A DNA stretch of 64,000 nucleotides, taken from contig NIVC01003971.1 in assembly GCA_002269645.1 (NCBI GenBank), positions 3,241 to 67,240 of the forward strand, given 5' to 3'. The position numbers and the translations under genes are program-made. Below the pieces are notes generated by a model. That model was not told the DNA's origin and ran no database searches. It was given only the letters and a program-made list of their open reading frames with translations. The stretch comes from Macrostomum lignano (Eukaryota). Below, in pieces: positions 24,801 to 36,557 of the stretch; position 1 is the first letter of the stretch, and the number at the start of each line of letters is the position of its first letter.

Positions 24801-27800
24801 CTGGATTCCCACATCCCACTCCCATCATGATGAAGCTGGATTCTCAGATCCCACTCCCATCATGATGAGGCTGGATTCCCACATCCCACTCCCATCATGA
24901 TGAGGCTGAATTCCCACATCCCACTCCCATCATGATGAGGCTGGATTCCCACACCCCACTCCCATCATAATGAGGCTGGATTCCCACACCCCACTCCCAT
25001 CATAATGAGGCTGGATTCCCACACCCCACTCCCATCATAATGAGGCTGGATTCCCAGACCCCACTCCCATCATAATGAGGCTGGATTCCCACACCCCACT
25101 CCCATCATAATGAGGCTGGATTCCCACATCCCACTCCCATCATGATGAGGCTGGATTCCCACACCCCACTCCCATCATAATGAGGCTGGATTCCCAGACC
25201 CCACTCCCATCATAATGAGGCTGGATTCCCACACCCCACTCCCATCATAATGAGGCTGGATTCCCACATCCCACTCCCATCATGATGAGGCTGGATTTCC
25301 ACACCCCACTCCCATCATAATGAGGCTGGATTCTCAGATCCCACTCCCATCATGATGTGGCTGGATTCTCAGATCCCACTCCGATCATAATGAGGCTGGA
25401 TTCTCTGATCCCACTCTCATCATGATGAGGCTGGATTCCCACATCCCACTCCCATCATGATGAAGCTGGATTCCCACATCCCACTCTCATCATGATGAGG
25501 CTGCATTCCCTGATCCAATCAGCAGACCCAATCTCACTGAGCAATCATTCTGTCCCCCGCAGGCTCTGCTGTGCTCATCCGCCCTGTGCTCCGACAAGCC
25601 CTGCCGGCAGCACTGCCTGCTGGTGCGCGATCACGTCTGCTCCTCGGAGGTGAAGCTGCTCCGCCGCTTCCCCGACTGCGAGCTCTTTCCGGACGCCGAC
25701 TCCGAGCCCGGCTGTCACGCCCGCTTCGACCTGGAGGCCGTCATGCTGCGGCACGCGCGGCCAGCGTCTGGTGCGCTCGAGTCCGACGACAGCACCAATA
25801 CGAGAGGCTGCTTCTCCAGGAGGGATTTCTGGCGGGGCCTGTTTTACAGGGAGCCGAGCGACAGAGCTGAGGTGGGCCGGAGGCGGAGACGCGTACAGCA
25901 GTCAGACAGACAGGCAGTTACAGACAAGTACAGCCAGGCTAGCAGATATAGACAGACAGGTCGATACAGACACAATCTGTTACAGACAGACACAAGCAAT
26001 TACAGAGAGACACAAACAGACAAAAGCAATTACAGGAACAGGTACAAAAGACAAATGTTACAGAGAGACAGACAAACAGACACAAAGTACTACAGAGAGA
26101 CAGACACAAACAGAAAAGCAGTTACAGATGCACAGACAGCCACGAAGGCAGACCCAGACACCCACACCAGCTCCTCGCCCCTTCCCGCAGGCGGTGCAGT
26201 CCGGCTGCGCCAAGTGGAGCTCCGCCGCCAACCGCCTGCTATCTGCTGACTACTTCACCAGCCTCCAAGACGCCGGCAGCGAGTGCCGCAACCCGGGCGC
26301 CCAGTTCCCCCGGCCGTCGTGCGTTGACAAATCGGACACTCGGTGAGGGTGGTGAAGATTTGGCGCTGCGCTTTTCTATCTTACCTCTTCCCTCTTAACT
26401 CAATTCTTAACTGTCGACTCCCCCAAAGGTTTTTCATCACCTGTCCGGTGCTGGAGTGTCCGGAGGACCAGCTGCCGCTCGGCTTGTCCGGCCTAGGCAT
26501 GTCCGACCCCATAAGGACTGCCGTCATTGTTGCCGCTGTGGCCTTCGTGATCCTGCTGTGCTGCATCATCCTCGGAATCATGCTGCATAGGAGAAATGTG
26601 GCAAAGAGCAGCACCAAGGTTGGTTTCTGTATGTCTATGTGTCTGCTGTCTGTCTGCCGTCTGTTGAGCGTCTGTTGTGGCTCAAGGCAGTTTCCATGCT
26701 GACCTGCGAGGGGTAATAAATCCTCGCGTCTGTTGTGGCTCAAGGCAGCTTTTATGCTGACCTGCGAGGGGTAATAAATCCTCGCGTCTGTTGTGGCTCA
26801 AGGCAGCTTCCATACTGACCTGCGAGGGGTAATAAATCCTCGCGTCTGTTGTGGCTCAAGGCAGCTTTTATGCTGACCTGCGAGGGGTAATAAATCCTCG
26901 CGTCTGTTGTGGCTCAAGGCAGTTTCCATGCTGACCTGCGAGGGGTAATAAATCCTCGCGTCTGTTGTGGCTCAAGGCAGTTTCCATGCTGACCTGCGAG
27001 GGGTAATAAATCCTCGCGTCTGTTGTGGCTCAAGGCAGCTTTTATGCTGACCTGCGAGGGGTAATAAATCCTCGCGTCTGTTGTGGCTCAAGGCAGCTTT
27101 TATGCTGACCTGCGAGGGGTAATAAATCCTCGCGTCTGTTGTGGCTCAAGGCAGCTTCCATGCTGACCTGCGAGGGGTAATAAATCCTCGCGTCTGTTGT
27201 GGCTCAAGGCAGCTTCTATGCTGACCCGCGAGGGGTAATAAATCCCTGATCAAGTACTGAGTGTCTGTCTGTCTGTCTGTCTGTGTGTCTGTTTGTCTTT
27301 CTGTCTGTCGTCTGTCTCTCTGCTTGTCTGTCTGCCTGTCTGCTATTCAGGTAGCCAGTCCTCAGCAGCCAGTCCCACCCCGCAGGACCAGTGTGAGGAG
27401 TCGGTCAGCCTGGCCCAGAGCCACCAGCTGCTGTCAGGCGACCCGGGCGACCCCAACATGATCATCCAGCGCAACGTGAAATTCGGACAGAAGACCCACC
27501 TGGCCAAAACCTACCCGAAGTGAGTGCTGTGGAATGGCTCTGCAGGGCAATCGGACATTAATTCTAATACTCTATACAGGGCAGACTGACATTCTAATAC
27601 TCTATGCAGGGCAGACTGACATTCTAATACTCTATGCAGGGCAGACTGACATTCTAATACTCTATGCAGGGCAGACTGACATTCTAATACTCTATGCAGG
27701 GCAGACTGACATTCGAATACTCTATGCAGGGCAGACTGACATTCGAATACTCTATGCAGGGCAGACTGACATTCTAATACTCTATGCAGGGCAGACTGAC

Positions 27801-30800
27801 ATTCTAATACTCTATGCAGGGCAGACTGACATTCTAATACTCTATGCAGGGCGGACTGACATTCGAATACTCTATGCAGGGCAGACTGACATTCTAATAC
27901 TCTATGCAGGGCAGACTGACATTCTAATACTCTATGCAGGGCAGACTGACATTCTAATACTCTAGGCAGGGCGGACTGACATTCGAATACTCTAGGCAGG
28001 GCAGACTGACATTCTAATACTCTATGCAGGGCGGACTGACATTCGAATACTCTATGCAGGGCAGACTGACATTCTAATACTCTATGCAGGGCAGACTGAC
28101 ATTCTAATACTCTATGCAGGGCAGACTGACATTCTAATACTCTAGGCAGGGCGGACTGACATTCGAATACTCTATGCAGGGCAGACTGACATTCTAATAC
28201 TCTATGCAGGGCAGACTGACATTCTAATACTCTATGCAGGGCAGACTGACATTCTAATACTCTAGGCAGGGCGGACTGACATTCGAATACTCTAGGCAGG
28301 GCAGACTGACATTCTAATACTCTATGCAGGGCAGACTGACATTCGAATACTCTAGGCAGGGCGGACTGACATTCGAATACTCTAGGCAGGGCAGACTGAC
28401 ATTCTAATACTCTAGGCAGGGCGGACTGACATTCGAATACTCTAGGCAGGGCGGACTGACATTCGAATACTCTAGGCAGGGCGGACTGACATTCTAATAC
28501 TCTAGGCAGGGCGGAATGAACAAAAGCTGCTGCGGTATTTCTGGGCCTGTTGGATCTGCAGCCTTTCTAGGAAATCTGACGGCTGATTGGTGCGCAGATT
28601 CTCGGGCTGGCACTCCAGGCACTCCAACTCTGGGAACCTCGCTCCTTTCTTAGAAAAGAATGCACTGCAAGGATGGCTGCTACAGGCTAACTCTGACCGA
28701 ATGCTCTCCTGCTTGTATCATGTTCTGCAGGCTCTCGCGTCGCATATTGCTGGCGCATTGAAATGCTGCTCTTTCTTGCTGGGAGGGGCAAGTCTTGCCG
28801 CTGCGCAATTCTCGCGGCTTTTTTGTCGCCTCAAGGTGGGTCACAAGCCCCGGAGCTGAATTGTGCCCGTCATGGACTTCTAAGAGACTAGTATTGGACT
28901 GCGGGTGGGCAGCTCTCACTCTGCCCGCCGTGAAATTCTAGGTCTTAGACAAGAGCATAGTGTGGTTAGACAAGAGGGAAAGAGTGAGTTAGACAAGGGG
29001 ATAGGGTGGGTTAGACATGGTAGATAGGGTGGGTTAGACAAGGGATAGGGTTGGTTAGACACGGTAGATAGGGTGGGTTAGACATGGTAGATAGGGTGGG
29101 TAGACATGGTAGATAGGGTGGGTTAGACAAGGGGATAGGGTGGGTTAGACATGGTAGATAGGGTGGGTAGACATGGTAGATAGGGTGGGTTAGACAAAGG
29201 GATAGGGTGGGTTAGACAAGAGGGATAGAGTGGGTTAGACATGGTAGATAGGGTGGGTTAGACAAGGTGTTAGAGGGTTAAACAAGAGGAATAGGGTGGG
29301 TTAGACATGGTAGATAGGGTGGGTTAGACAAGAGGATAGGGTGGGTTGGACAGGGGATAGGGCTGGCTGAGAGGTCAGACACAGCAGCTGGTGATCAGCT
29401 GAGTTGGCATGAGCAGTGCTCAGTCGCACAGCTGAAATCTGACTGAAGTGCCTGGCGCAGCCGCCAGCTGCAATGTGAGCCGCTTTGCAATTCTGTGCGG
29501 GTCAACGCATTTTAAAATTAAAGAGAGAAAAATATTAGCTTTGCAATGATGACAATAAGAGCTGCAGATAATAGCGCTGAGGTCAGAGAGGCTTTGATGA
29601 AGCAGAGCCAGGTGCACGGGCTGTAGGAGGCTGGGCTCGAGTAAAGTGATGAAGTGAGGCCGGTAGCAGTGCAGCGCAGTCAGGCAGCCCCAGAGTTCGC
29701 TGGCTTATTAGCACTTTGAGCGGGGGGGCATAAGCGAGGCCACTTCAGCCGCTGCTCAGCCTGCTTGGATACGGAGCGAATTGGATTCTAGCCTGCTTAT
29801 GGAAATGAGTGCAGCTGTGTCAGTGTGGGGTTCTTCATTGATGGGAGTCAAAGATAAACTTTGTAGAATTCGAATAGGAAAACTTGAAGACCCAATCTCA
29901 TGTTTGCAATTTTAGTCTTGCTTATAACTGAAGTTGGTCGATGCTGGCTTTCTGAAGAAGCGATTTCATGAACTGCGCAACATGCTTGCGTCTCTGAGGC
30001 CCTTAGAATTCCCCGATTGCGCACGAGACACGGAGCTCACAATAAGCTGAAGGTGTTGAAAACTATGGGACTGAGTTAAAAAGCTAAAAGATGCATTTTA
30101 TTCTGCAGTACGAGCTGAGTAGCAAGTCTTCAAGCCTGCGAACCGAACCGACCTTCAAAAGTTACCTGCCCCAGGGGAGCGCTTTGCAGTTTGCGTATAA
30201 AAATCCTCAAGGAACTGGGTGCACTGATTTTGGGCGCGGTTTTGCTCGGAGACATGGCTTGTAACTAACCGCTAGGGGCTTCTGCTGCTCTTGGAAGAGA
30301 CCCTGGGGCCGCTCTGATAGCGCTTATCTCAGTGCACACAGCGGACACAGAGCAGCTCATCGCGGGTGGTCCCCTGCTTGAGCCTTCCCCGAGATTCCCC
30401 CCTCCTGACTTAATTTGGCAGCGAGCCAAGCTTCTGCATTTTATCTGCCTCTTATTACTCTCTGGGAATTAAAAAACAGGCTTCAAATTAGGCATGTGCA
30501 GTGGGTTTATTTTTAGCCGGCTCTTGTGCGACTGTTTCCTAGAAAATGTCCATTTAAGGCTTTTGGCTCTGTTTAGACGCCCTAAAAAGCCACTCAGTTT
30601 CCATTTGTTTTACTGGCAATTTTCATATTGCACTACTGGAAGTTGAACCTGCAGTAGAAATGCATGAATATAACAGCTGTTATTGACCCGTGGTTTTAAA
30701 TGTGCCGAATTTATTAGTAATATATTAAAAATCTTTGTTGAGAACTCTGAGAACGCATCCTCATTGACCGTTTCGACCTTCGAAGACTCGAGCGGCTGGC

Positions 30801-32943
30801 CTACTCGCACGACGACTTCGCCGATCTGGGCAAGATGATCGGCAAGGGCGCATTTTTCACCGTGCACCTGGTTGAGACCACCAAGTACAAGGAGGCCAGG
30901 CCCGATATGCCCAAGCTGGTGGCGCTTAAAGTGCTGGATGAGACCGCCGATGACCAGATTGTGGAGTCATTCTTCTCCGAGGCTGAGCTGCTGCTGGGCA
31001 TGGAGCACCGATATGTGATGCAGGTGAGCTGCTGCTTGCTCAGGGCCCGCTGCCTGTGTGCCATTTGTATGCCCAGTCCTGATGGAGCATCATTGGTATG
31101 GAATATCCCCACATTCTGCTTTGGAAAATCCCCATATTCTGCTATGGAATATCCCCACATTCTGCTATGGAATATCCCCACATTCTGCTATGGAATATCC
31201 CCACATTCTGCTATGGAATATCCCACATTCTGCTATGGAATATCCCCACATTCTGCTATGGAATATCCCCACATTCTGCTATGGAATATCCCACATTCTG
31301 CTATGGAATATCTCATCCTCAGATAGCTTGCCACAATCTCTTGCCGCTCATAAACATCGAACTTCCGTTTCTCGCACGCGGATGCAAGTCTGTGCGGTGC
31401 TGTGCCCCTGGCCAGTTTCCAGTGTTTAATTCAGTACGCGTGCTGTGCTAAAAATAGATCTGGCTTGACCCTCCTGTTGATGCTTGGGGCCTGCGCAGTT
31501 TATGCGCTTGTCAGGGCATCTGCCATCGGCTCTTTTGTGCGCCCTGTAAACAGCCGCAGGTTTTAAACAGTGCAGCCTTAGTAGATGTGCATCAGTTGCT
31601 GCTCAAGGCAGATTTATTATTGCACAGTCCTGACTGAAAATAAACTTGCACAATACTTATTCTTGCATTGCGCTGTGTAAATATATACACTGACAAATAG
31701 TTGCTGCTATCCTGCCTGACTCGTGTTCTTGCTGCATTCGAACTGCACTGATTGATAAGGGCAGTGAGATGGCCCATTGATGAGGCTGAGCAGTGAGATA
31801 GAGCATTGATGAGGCTGAGCAGTGAGATGGAGTATTTATGAGGCTGAGCAGTGAGATGGAGTATTTATGAGGCTGAGCAGTGAGATGGAGCATTGATGAG
31901 GCTGAGCAGTGAGATGGAGCATTGATAAGGCTGAGCAGTGAGATGGAGCATTAATGAGGCTAAACAATAAGATGGGCAGGGTGGAAACTGAGCAGTGAAA
32001 TGGAGTATTGATGAGGCTGAGCAGTGAGATGGCCAGGGTGGAAACTGAGCAGTGGGATAAATATACATGATGCAGGAATGTTAAATCTGATCCCACCCTT
32101 TATGATAAAGCTGATCCCACCCCAGAGTGAGCATTCATCCCCACTGCAAAACACCTCGCAGGTGTTTGGCATCTGCGCCAGCACGCGGCCGTTCTGCCTG
32201 CTGGTGGAGTACTGCGAGTTCGGCGATCTGCAGACGCTGCTGCGCAACTCGGCCAAAGGCAAGTTCGGCCAGCCGGAGCAGCACTCGGCCGTTCCCAACG
32301 GCCGGCCTACAGCTGACCCGGCCGCCAATTCCGAGGCTATCGAACTCACGACCTCCGTGGCCGGCACTTCTGCCGAGGCTGCGACGGTGCCATCGGCGGC
32401 AGCGCCGGGCGAGTCGCAGCTGCGGCCGCTGCAGCTGGCCGACCTGCTGCGCATGGGCTCGCAGGTGGCGAACGCGCTGAGCTACATCAGCAAGCGGGGC
32501 CTGGTGTTCAGGGACCTGGCCAGCCGCAACATCCTGGTCACATCCGATTACGATATCCGGCTGGCCGACTTCGGCATGTGCCGCAAACTGCCGCTGGGCA
32601 ACCGGGCGGCCTACGTGGTGTCGGGGTCGGAGTGCTTGCCCGTGCGCTGGCTGGCGCCCGAGACCGTGCGCGAGAGCCGCTTCTACCCGGAGTCGACGTG
32701 TACGCCTTCGGCGTGCTGCTGTGGGAGCTGTTCAGCATGGGCGAGCAGCCGTGGACCGGCTACTCAGTTGAGCAGGTGTGGGACATGAAGCTGCAGGAGC
32801 CGCCCAGCCTGCTGCCCAGGCCGGACAGGGCGCCAGACAATGTGTGGGCTCTGATGCGGGCCTGCTGGGCCCAGGCGCGGGCGGACAGGCCTGGCTTCAG
32901 CTCGCTCACCTACCAGCTGCACCAGGCCGCCACGCACTGCTGA
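21883..32943 (+). CDS. Receptor tyrosine kinase, MuSK/Nrk/ROR group (signal peptide, Ig-like, Frizzled CRD, Kringle, TM, TK), ~958 aa, one 1-bp frameshift
   Basis: Exons 21883-22394, 23235-23412, 24235-24576, 25563-25871, 26191-26342, 26429-26622, 27351-27519, 30786-31023 and 32162-32943. All are GT-AG and phase-consistent except that the last is 1 nt short (near 32694). There are 10 CRD Cys and 6 kringle Cys (CRNPG). TM TAVIVAAVAFVILLCCIILGIML. Kinase motifs VALK, FRDLASRN, DFG, LPVRWLAPE and DVYAFGVLLWE. The short C-tail favours MuSK/Nrk over ROR. Confidence 0.92.
22397..23174. repeat. 32-bp intronic minisatellite (GAGTCTGATCCCAATGGAGCTCAAATTAGGCT), ~24 copies
   Basis: Begins at +3 of RTK intron 1, overlapping the GTGAGT donor. 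Confidence 0.96.
23437..24195. repeat. 21-bp intronic minisatellite (GGGTGCTGTAGGGACTGAGTA), interrupted by a solo LTR
   Basis: Direct reading, RTK intron 2. Confidence 0.95.
23517..23737. mobile_element. Solo LTR (221 bp) inserted in the 21-bp array
   Basis: Starts TGTAG and ends CCACA (TG..CA). 5-bp TSD CTAAG at 23512-23516 and 23738-23742. AATAAA at 23622-23627 on +. Orientation uncertain. Confidence 0.75.
24584..25510. repeat. 35-bp intronic minisatellite (ATGATGAGGCTGGATTCCCACATCCCACTCCCATC), ~26 copies
   Basis: Starts ~7 nt after the donor of RTK intron 3. Confidence 0.96.
25900..26150. repeat. Degenerate ACAG-rich low-complexity tract
   Basis: RTK intron 4, approximate limits. Confidence 0.7.
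26668..27246. repeat. 58-bp intronic minisatellite, ~10 copies
   Basis: GACCTGCGAG recurs at 26701, 26759 and so on. RTK intron 6. Confidence 0.96.
27560..28515. repeat. 30/29-bp intronic minisatellite (GCAGACTGACATTCTAATACTCTATGCAGG), ~32 copies
   Basis: RTK intron 7, direct reading. Confidence 0.96.
28945..29360. repeat. ~23-bp G-rich minisatellite (GGGTGGGTTAGACATGGTAGATA)
   Basis: RTK intron 7, imperfect copies. Confidence 0.9.
31090..31310. repeat. 22/23-bp minisatellite (CTGCTATGGAATATCCCCACATT)
   Basis: RTK intron 8. Confidence 0.93.
31755..32060. repeat. ~29-bp minisatellite (GAGCATTGATGAGGCTGAGCAGTGAGATG)
   Basis: RTK intron 8, imperfect copies. Confidence 0.88.
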
Positions 32944-33642
32944 CCGGCTGCTGACTGCCTTACTGACGTTCTGAGTTAGGGTTTTACTGATGTGCAGCCT
33001 CTCGAGAGTGGCTGCGTTGGTTTGCTTGCTATATTCGGTCACAGAGCACTGTGAACTGCTCAAACTGGGGTTCGTGCCGGGCCACAGGGAGACTCTTTGT
33101 TCGCCTCGCTTGCCTGACAGCTCACGGCAAGAATTCCAGCCGAAATCTTCCACCTTTGACCTATCAGAATAGCGGACTAGGCGAAGCGAACAAAGAGTCT
33201 TACTTTACCGAGCCTTGCTCGCCAACTGTACATACCTGCACTGCCGTCATGTCGCTCATTCCAGCTGCCTTTGCGGCCCTACTGCCAACTGTCACTCATG
33301 TACATACCTAAGCTCGTGTGCTCAGCAGCCTGCTCAGCGCTTGTTGAATTCCTTTGTATGTATTCCTGAAGCTATTGGGCTGGCCGCGTGCCGCCTTCAT
33401 CACACTGCTCACCGCTCACTGGCTTTTTTATCAAATTGAGTTCTTTGTATTCTGTGTTTACCTTTTTTATTTAGTTTTTACGTGTTGTGTTGCAAAATCT
33501 TAAGTGTAAGACTCTTTTTAGGCTCAAAATCCAGCACTTTTTGGGGACCGGCCTGCTTTGCTTTTAGCCTTTTTGTTCTGACTGATGCTTTGCCTGAGTG
33601 TCTACTCAATTTATAAATAAATTGCCCCTCAGGCTTTTGAGA

Positions 33643-34295
33643 AATGACTCCTGAAGTTTCAAATGAGTCACCCCTAAAGTTTCAAATGAGTCACCCCTGA
33701 AGTTTCAAATGAGTCACCCCTGAAGTTTCAAATGAGTCACCCCTGAAGTTTCAAATGAGTCACCCCTGAAGTTTCAAATGAGTTACCCCTGAAGTTTCAA
33801 ATGAGTCACCCCTGAAGTTTCAAATGAGTCACCCCTGAAGTTTCAAATGAGTCACCCCTGAAGTTTCAAATAAGTCACCCTGAAGTTTCAAATGAGTTAT
33901 CCCTGAAGTTTCAAATGAGTCACCCCTGAAGTTTCAAATGAGTCACCCCTGAAGTTTCAAATGAGTCACCCCTAAAGTTTCAAATGAGTCACCCCTGAAG
34001 TTTCAAATGAGTCACCCCTGAAGTTTCAAATGAGTTACCCCTGAAGTTTCAAATGAGTCACCCCTGAAGTTTCAAATGAGTCACCCCTGAAGTTTCAAAT
34101 GAGTCACCCCTGAAGTTTCAAATAAGTCACCCTGAAGTTTCAAATGAGTTATCCCTGAAGTTTCAAATGAGTCACCCCTGAAGTTTCAAATGAGTCACCC
34201 CTGAAGTTTCAAATGAGTCACCCCTGAAGTTTCAAATGAGTCACCCCTGAAGTTTCAAATGAGTTATCCCTAAAGTTTCAGATGAGTACCCTGAA
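33643..34295. repeat. 23-bp minisatellite (GAGTCACCCCTGAAGTTTCAAAT), ~28 copies
   Basis: Downstream of the RTK, direct reading. Confidence 0.96.
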
Positions 34296-35059
34296 GCTTA
34301 AGTTGAATGTACACGTAGGCTCTAAAGTTTGTCTTAATGATCCTGAAGCTTTAGCTTTAGCCTGAAGTGTGAATTGAGTGCCCCCCATAAGCATCGAAAA
34401 GGCCCGGAGCCTCCAGTGTGCTTTTTTGAGCCAAGTGTCCTCAGAGTTTTCGCAAGCGCAGCCGCTGAGATGGCTAATATTGGCCCTGAAGTTACTGAGA
34501 TGATTCCTAAAGCTCAATTTCTGTAAGTCCGATTCGCCTTATTTTGCGCTCTGCTTTTGCTGTCCGTCTTTTTTGCAAATCAACAGATTTTCCTCCTTGG
34601 TGCTGCTCAGACCAAATGCCAGGCACTCCATCAGTTTTGTTTTTTCCCATTTTCCGCCGCGTGCCCGGCTGTTCCGTGATGCAGCTCTGCAGCTTGAGAT
34701 TGTCGCCAGGCATTCCCATCTGATGGTCCAACTGCCCACCTGCTAATTAAAGTGCCCATTTTTATTTGCATATTTTTACTGCTGTGTTAAATGCCCTGCC
34801 AACTCGCTCCCGAATTCACTAATTAAACTGTACCAGCGTTGCTGGGGCCTGTGTGGCTTTTGATTGACTCCACTGCCTTTGGCTGTTCATTTTTTATTAA
34901 CCTAGAAGTTCACCCGTACCGTTGCTAGGCAGATAAACCCGCTGCGTTCATCTGATAGCGGCTTGGCTGCCCGCGTGACAGCCGCCTCTGTGGCTTCTCG
35001 ATTGCTTATCGGGGCTTTTTCTGCTTGCAGCTTTTCTCTGCAATTTTGCATTCTCGTAT

Positions 35060-35830
35060 CCTGGTCCCCCCCTGCCCCCCTGCCCTGCTCCCCTGTCCCC
35101 CTGTCCCCCCTGCCCTCTGCTCCCCTGTCCCCCTGCCCTCTGCTCCCCTGTCTCCTTCTGTCCCCTCTGCTTCCCTGTCTCCTCTGCTCCCCTGTCCCCT
35201 CTGCTTTCCTGTCCCCTCTGCTCCCCTGTCCCCTCTGCTCCCCTGTCCCCTCTGCTCCCCTGTCCCCTCTGCTTCCCTGCCCCCCTGTCCCCTCTGATTC
35301 CCTGCCCCCCTGTCCCCTCTGCTCCCCTGTCCCATCTGCTTCCCTGCCCCCCTGTCCCCTCTGATTCCCTGCCCCCCTGTCCCCTCTGCTCCCCTGTCCC
35401 CTCTGCTCCCCTGTCCCCTCTGCTCCCCTGTCCTCTCTGCTCCCCTGTCCCCTCTGCTCCCCTGTCCCCTCTGCTCCCCTGTCCCCTCTGCTCCCCTGTC
35501 CCCTCTGCTCCCCTGTCCTCTCTGCTCCCCTGTCCCTCTGCTCCCCTGTCCCTCTGCTTTCCTGTCCCCTCTGCTCCCCTGTCCCCTCTGCTCCCCTGTC
35601 CCCTCTGCTCCCCTGTCCCCTCTGCTCCCCTGTCCCCTCTGCTTTCCTGTCCCCTCTGCTCCCCTGTCCTCTCTGCTCCCCTGTCCTCTCTGCTCCCCTG
35701 TCCCCTCTGCTCCCCTGTCCTCTCTGCTCCCCTGTCCCCTCTGCTCCCCTGTCCCCTCTGCTCCCCTGTCCCCTCTGTCCCCTCTGATTCCCTGTCCCCT
35801 TGTCCCCTCCTTCCCCTCTGTTCCCCCTCT
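35060..35830. repeat. 17-bp pyrimidine-rich minisatellite (CTGCTCCCCTGTCCCCT)
   Basis: Nearly A-free on +. Source of the spurious GTGEQRG ORFs. Confidence 0.94.
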
Positions 35831-35996
35831 GCTCTTTCTCCTTTCTGCCCTGTCTGTCCCCTTTGCCCCTCCGCATCATTAGGAACCAAATGTTCTCCCT
35901 TCCTCGCCAAGAGAGGGGAGACCGGCCTCTCTTGGCGCTTGGGGAATTCTCCCTTCCCCGCCCGTTCAATCTTGTAAAGTCTTGTTTCATTTCAAC

Positions 35997-36008
35997 GCTG
36001 ACGTCAGC
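35997..36008. promoter_or_regulatory. Palindromic CRE-like site GCTGACGTCAGC ~550 bp upstream of the TESK start
   Basis: Consensus TGACGTCA (35999-36006) within a perfect 12-bp palindrome. Function is inference. Confidence 0.3.
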
Positions 36009-36557
36009 CGTGCGGCACTCAAAAGTGCGGCTGTGCCTAATTGAGCAGAGCTCTGCAGTTTAGAAATAAAGTTCTCATTGCCGTGCGGACCAGGCTCAGC
36101 TGCGAGTAAAAGTGCAAATTTAGTGGTGCACCTTCCCGCATCTCGGTCTCATTCCGTGTAGCTGTAGTTTAATTACTGTTATCTGTGTTCAAGCCGCAGG
36201 CTGCTGGCTTTATTAATTATTCAGCAAGTTTTCTCCTCGATCGGGGCTCACAGCTGCAGTTAATGAAGTCGAATTCATTAGAGGCGAAGGCGGTGAATAA
36301 TGCATGCGGGCTGGCATTGGCTGGCCGCGCACTGACTCACGCTGGGGCAGGGGGGCATTCGCTGCCTGTAAGTGTAGCCCATAGTCACGTGTGTGGGCGG
36401 CACAACAGCGCAGTGAGTGGCGCCAGCATAGAAAAACACGCACACTGGCCAAGCCGGCCCCCTTATTGCGCTCTCTGCTCTGCCATACTGACTCAACCCG
36501 CATCTGTGTGTTGCAGTAGCAGCCATCGGATTCTCCAGCTGGCCGACTATCCAGGCC

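Noticed and set aside
26668-27246. CRISPR-like regular array
   Set aside because: Head-to-tail units with only a few variable bases, no unique spacers, no cas genes, and a eukaryotic intron. The same applies to all the other arrays.
28945-29360. Telomere-like GGGTTAG words
   Set aside because: Embedded in a 23-bp minisatellite unit, not tandem TTAGGG.
34902-35990. 362-aa and 320-aa G/R/E/Q-rich ORFs
   Set aside because: Translation of the 17-bp array; no splice or homology support.
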